Origin: Convolutriloba macropyga
Lineage: Eukaryota
NCBI RefSeq assembly: GCF_964194025.1
Contig: NC_134476.1
Location: 27,280,001 to 27,344,000 of the forward strand
Direction of reading: 5' to 3'
Length of the DNA stretch: 64,000 bases
Part shown: piece after piece, positions 62,912 through 64,000 of the stretch
Numbering within the stretch: the first letter of the stretch is position 1
Layout of the letters: each line of letters starts with the position of its first letter
Position numbers and translations under genes: made by a program
The notes under the pieces: model-generated
What the model saw: the letters and a program-made list of their open reading frames with translations, nothing else
What the model was told of the DNA's origin: nothing
Database searches by the model: none

Positions 62912-64000
62912 ATGGCCGATCAAAACCATTGTCCACTTTGCAAGGGTTGCCTACGTAGGGGAGGCGTCTGGTGTCATACATGTTATAAGTATTTTCACGT
63001 GAAATGCAGCTGCAAAAGCTGCTCTGAGGTCACCGCGGCCACCGAAACAGCAATCGCAACGCCGGCACCACACAATGTTTTGACCGTTCCCGACACTCCA
63101 CTCATAGATCTTGCAACATCGCACGCCCACGAAAATGCCGTCGCAACGTCGGATAATTTTTGGAACAATTTTTTAGCCCTATCACGCGGTAACAGTGCGC
63201 TAAATATATCGCGATGTCGTCACATAGAAGCCCTTGTTCTTCATGCTCAGCAGGAACAAGACAAGGGAGCAGTTCGCCGAAACCCTTCACGTGTCCTCGC
63301 CCCGATTGCCGTAAACACGGATAGGTCCGATATATCTCCGAACCCCTGTCTGATACGTCCGCTCTCAATCCTTAGTCGAAAAGAGAACACGGACAATGGA
63401 TCGAACAATAAGACCATCAAGCGTAGACTGCGTGCGTGGCACAGCTGCAACTTCTCAGAACTGTTCTGTGAAGCGAAGGCAATCCAAATGAGATTGAATT
63501 CAAGGAACAAAGCACTCTGATCTCAAGATGTTCAAAGATTTCATGTCGCGTGGTAAGATCAGTAATGCTATTCGCGTTCTTTTGCTCTTGAGCATAAAGG
63601 CCGTGCGCTCGCACCTAACAATCTCATAGACGGTAGACGGGTCCTTGAGAATTTACGCGACAAACATCCTGAAGGGCAACCCTTGGAGCCCAACTGCATT
63701 CAGAGCAAACATCCACGCACGCTTCCCTACCACCCTGCTGTTTTTGACAAAATCAGTGCCAGGCTTGTCCAAAAGCCTGCAATGAAAACTCTCGGCAGTG
63801 CCGGGCCGTCAGGTCTCGATGCCAATGACTGGCGTAGACTACTTGCTAATTTCGGGCAAACCTCCACGAACCTGTGCACGCTTGTTGCCAAGTTTTTTAA
63901 GAGGCTGGCCACGTCCATAATACCACCGGATGATTTGATTGCATACAATGGTTGTCGACTAGTGGCTCTGGATAAAAATCCAGGTGTGAGAACTATTGGT
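62912..64000 (+). mobile_element. CRE-clade-like non-LTR retrotransposon, PHD plus RT N-terminal region (runs off right edge)
   Basis: CPLC...VWCHTCYKYFHVKC; KRRLRAW....SELF.EAKAIQ.RL; LRDKHP; GSAGPSGLDA.DWRR; CRLVALDKNPGVRTIG. Confidence 0.75.

Noticed and set aside
62912-64000. CRE-like element targeting spliced-leader genes
   Set aside because: SL targeting is known for trypanosomatid CRE/SLACS/CZAR, but no SL RNA gene or target site is identifiable here.

Overview
AT-rich metazoan genomic DNA (organism not determinable from the window; proteins are divergent). Four conserved genes lie head-to-tail on the minus strand: RPLP2 (2 coding exons, ~13.3-kb intron, probably GC-AG) -> UVRAG (5 coding exons, ~802 aa) -> CCDC157 (intronless, 833 aa) -> ZNF598 (first exon; gene runs off the left edge). 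Nested antisense in UVRAG intron 2 is a 4-exon annexin-like gene with an apparent N-terminal signal peptide. Introns are packed with co-oriented non-autonomous Helentron-like (HINE) families, MITEs, LINE fragments and kb-scale tandem duplications. The right end holds a complete but decayed 9.5-kb Ty3/Gypsy LTR element (52823-62318, CAAC target-site duplication). Downstream of pol it carries a frameshifted env-like ORF with the motif order of chuvirus-type glycoproteins and a further SH3-like/coiled-coil ORF. It inserted into an SGNH-esterase ORF that precedes a PHD + CRE-type reverse transcriptase. All homology calls come from motif recognition by eye, not database searches.
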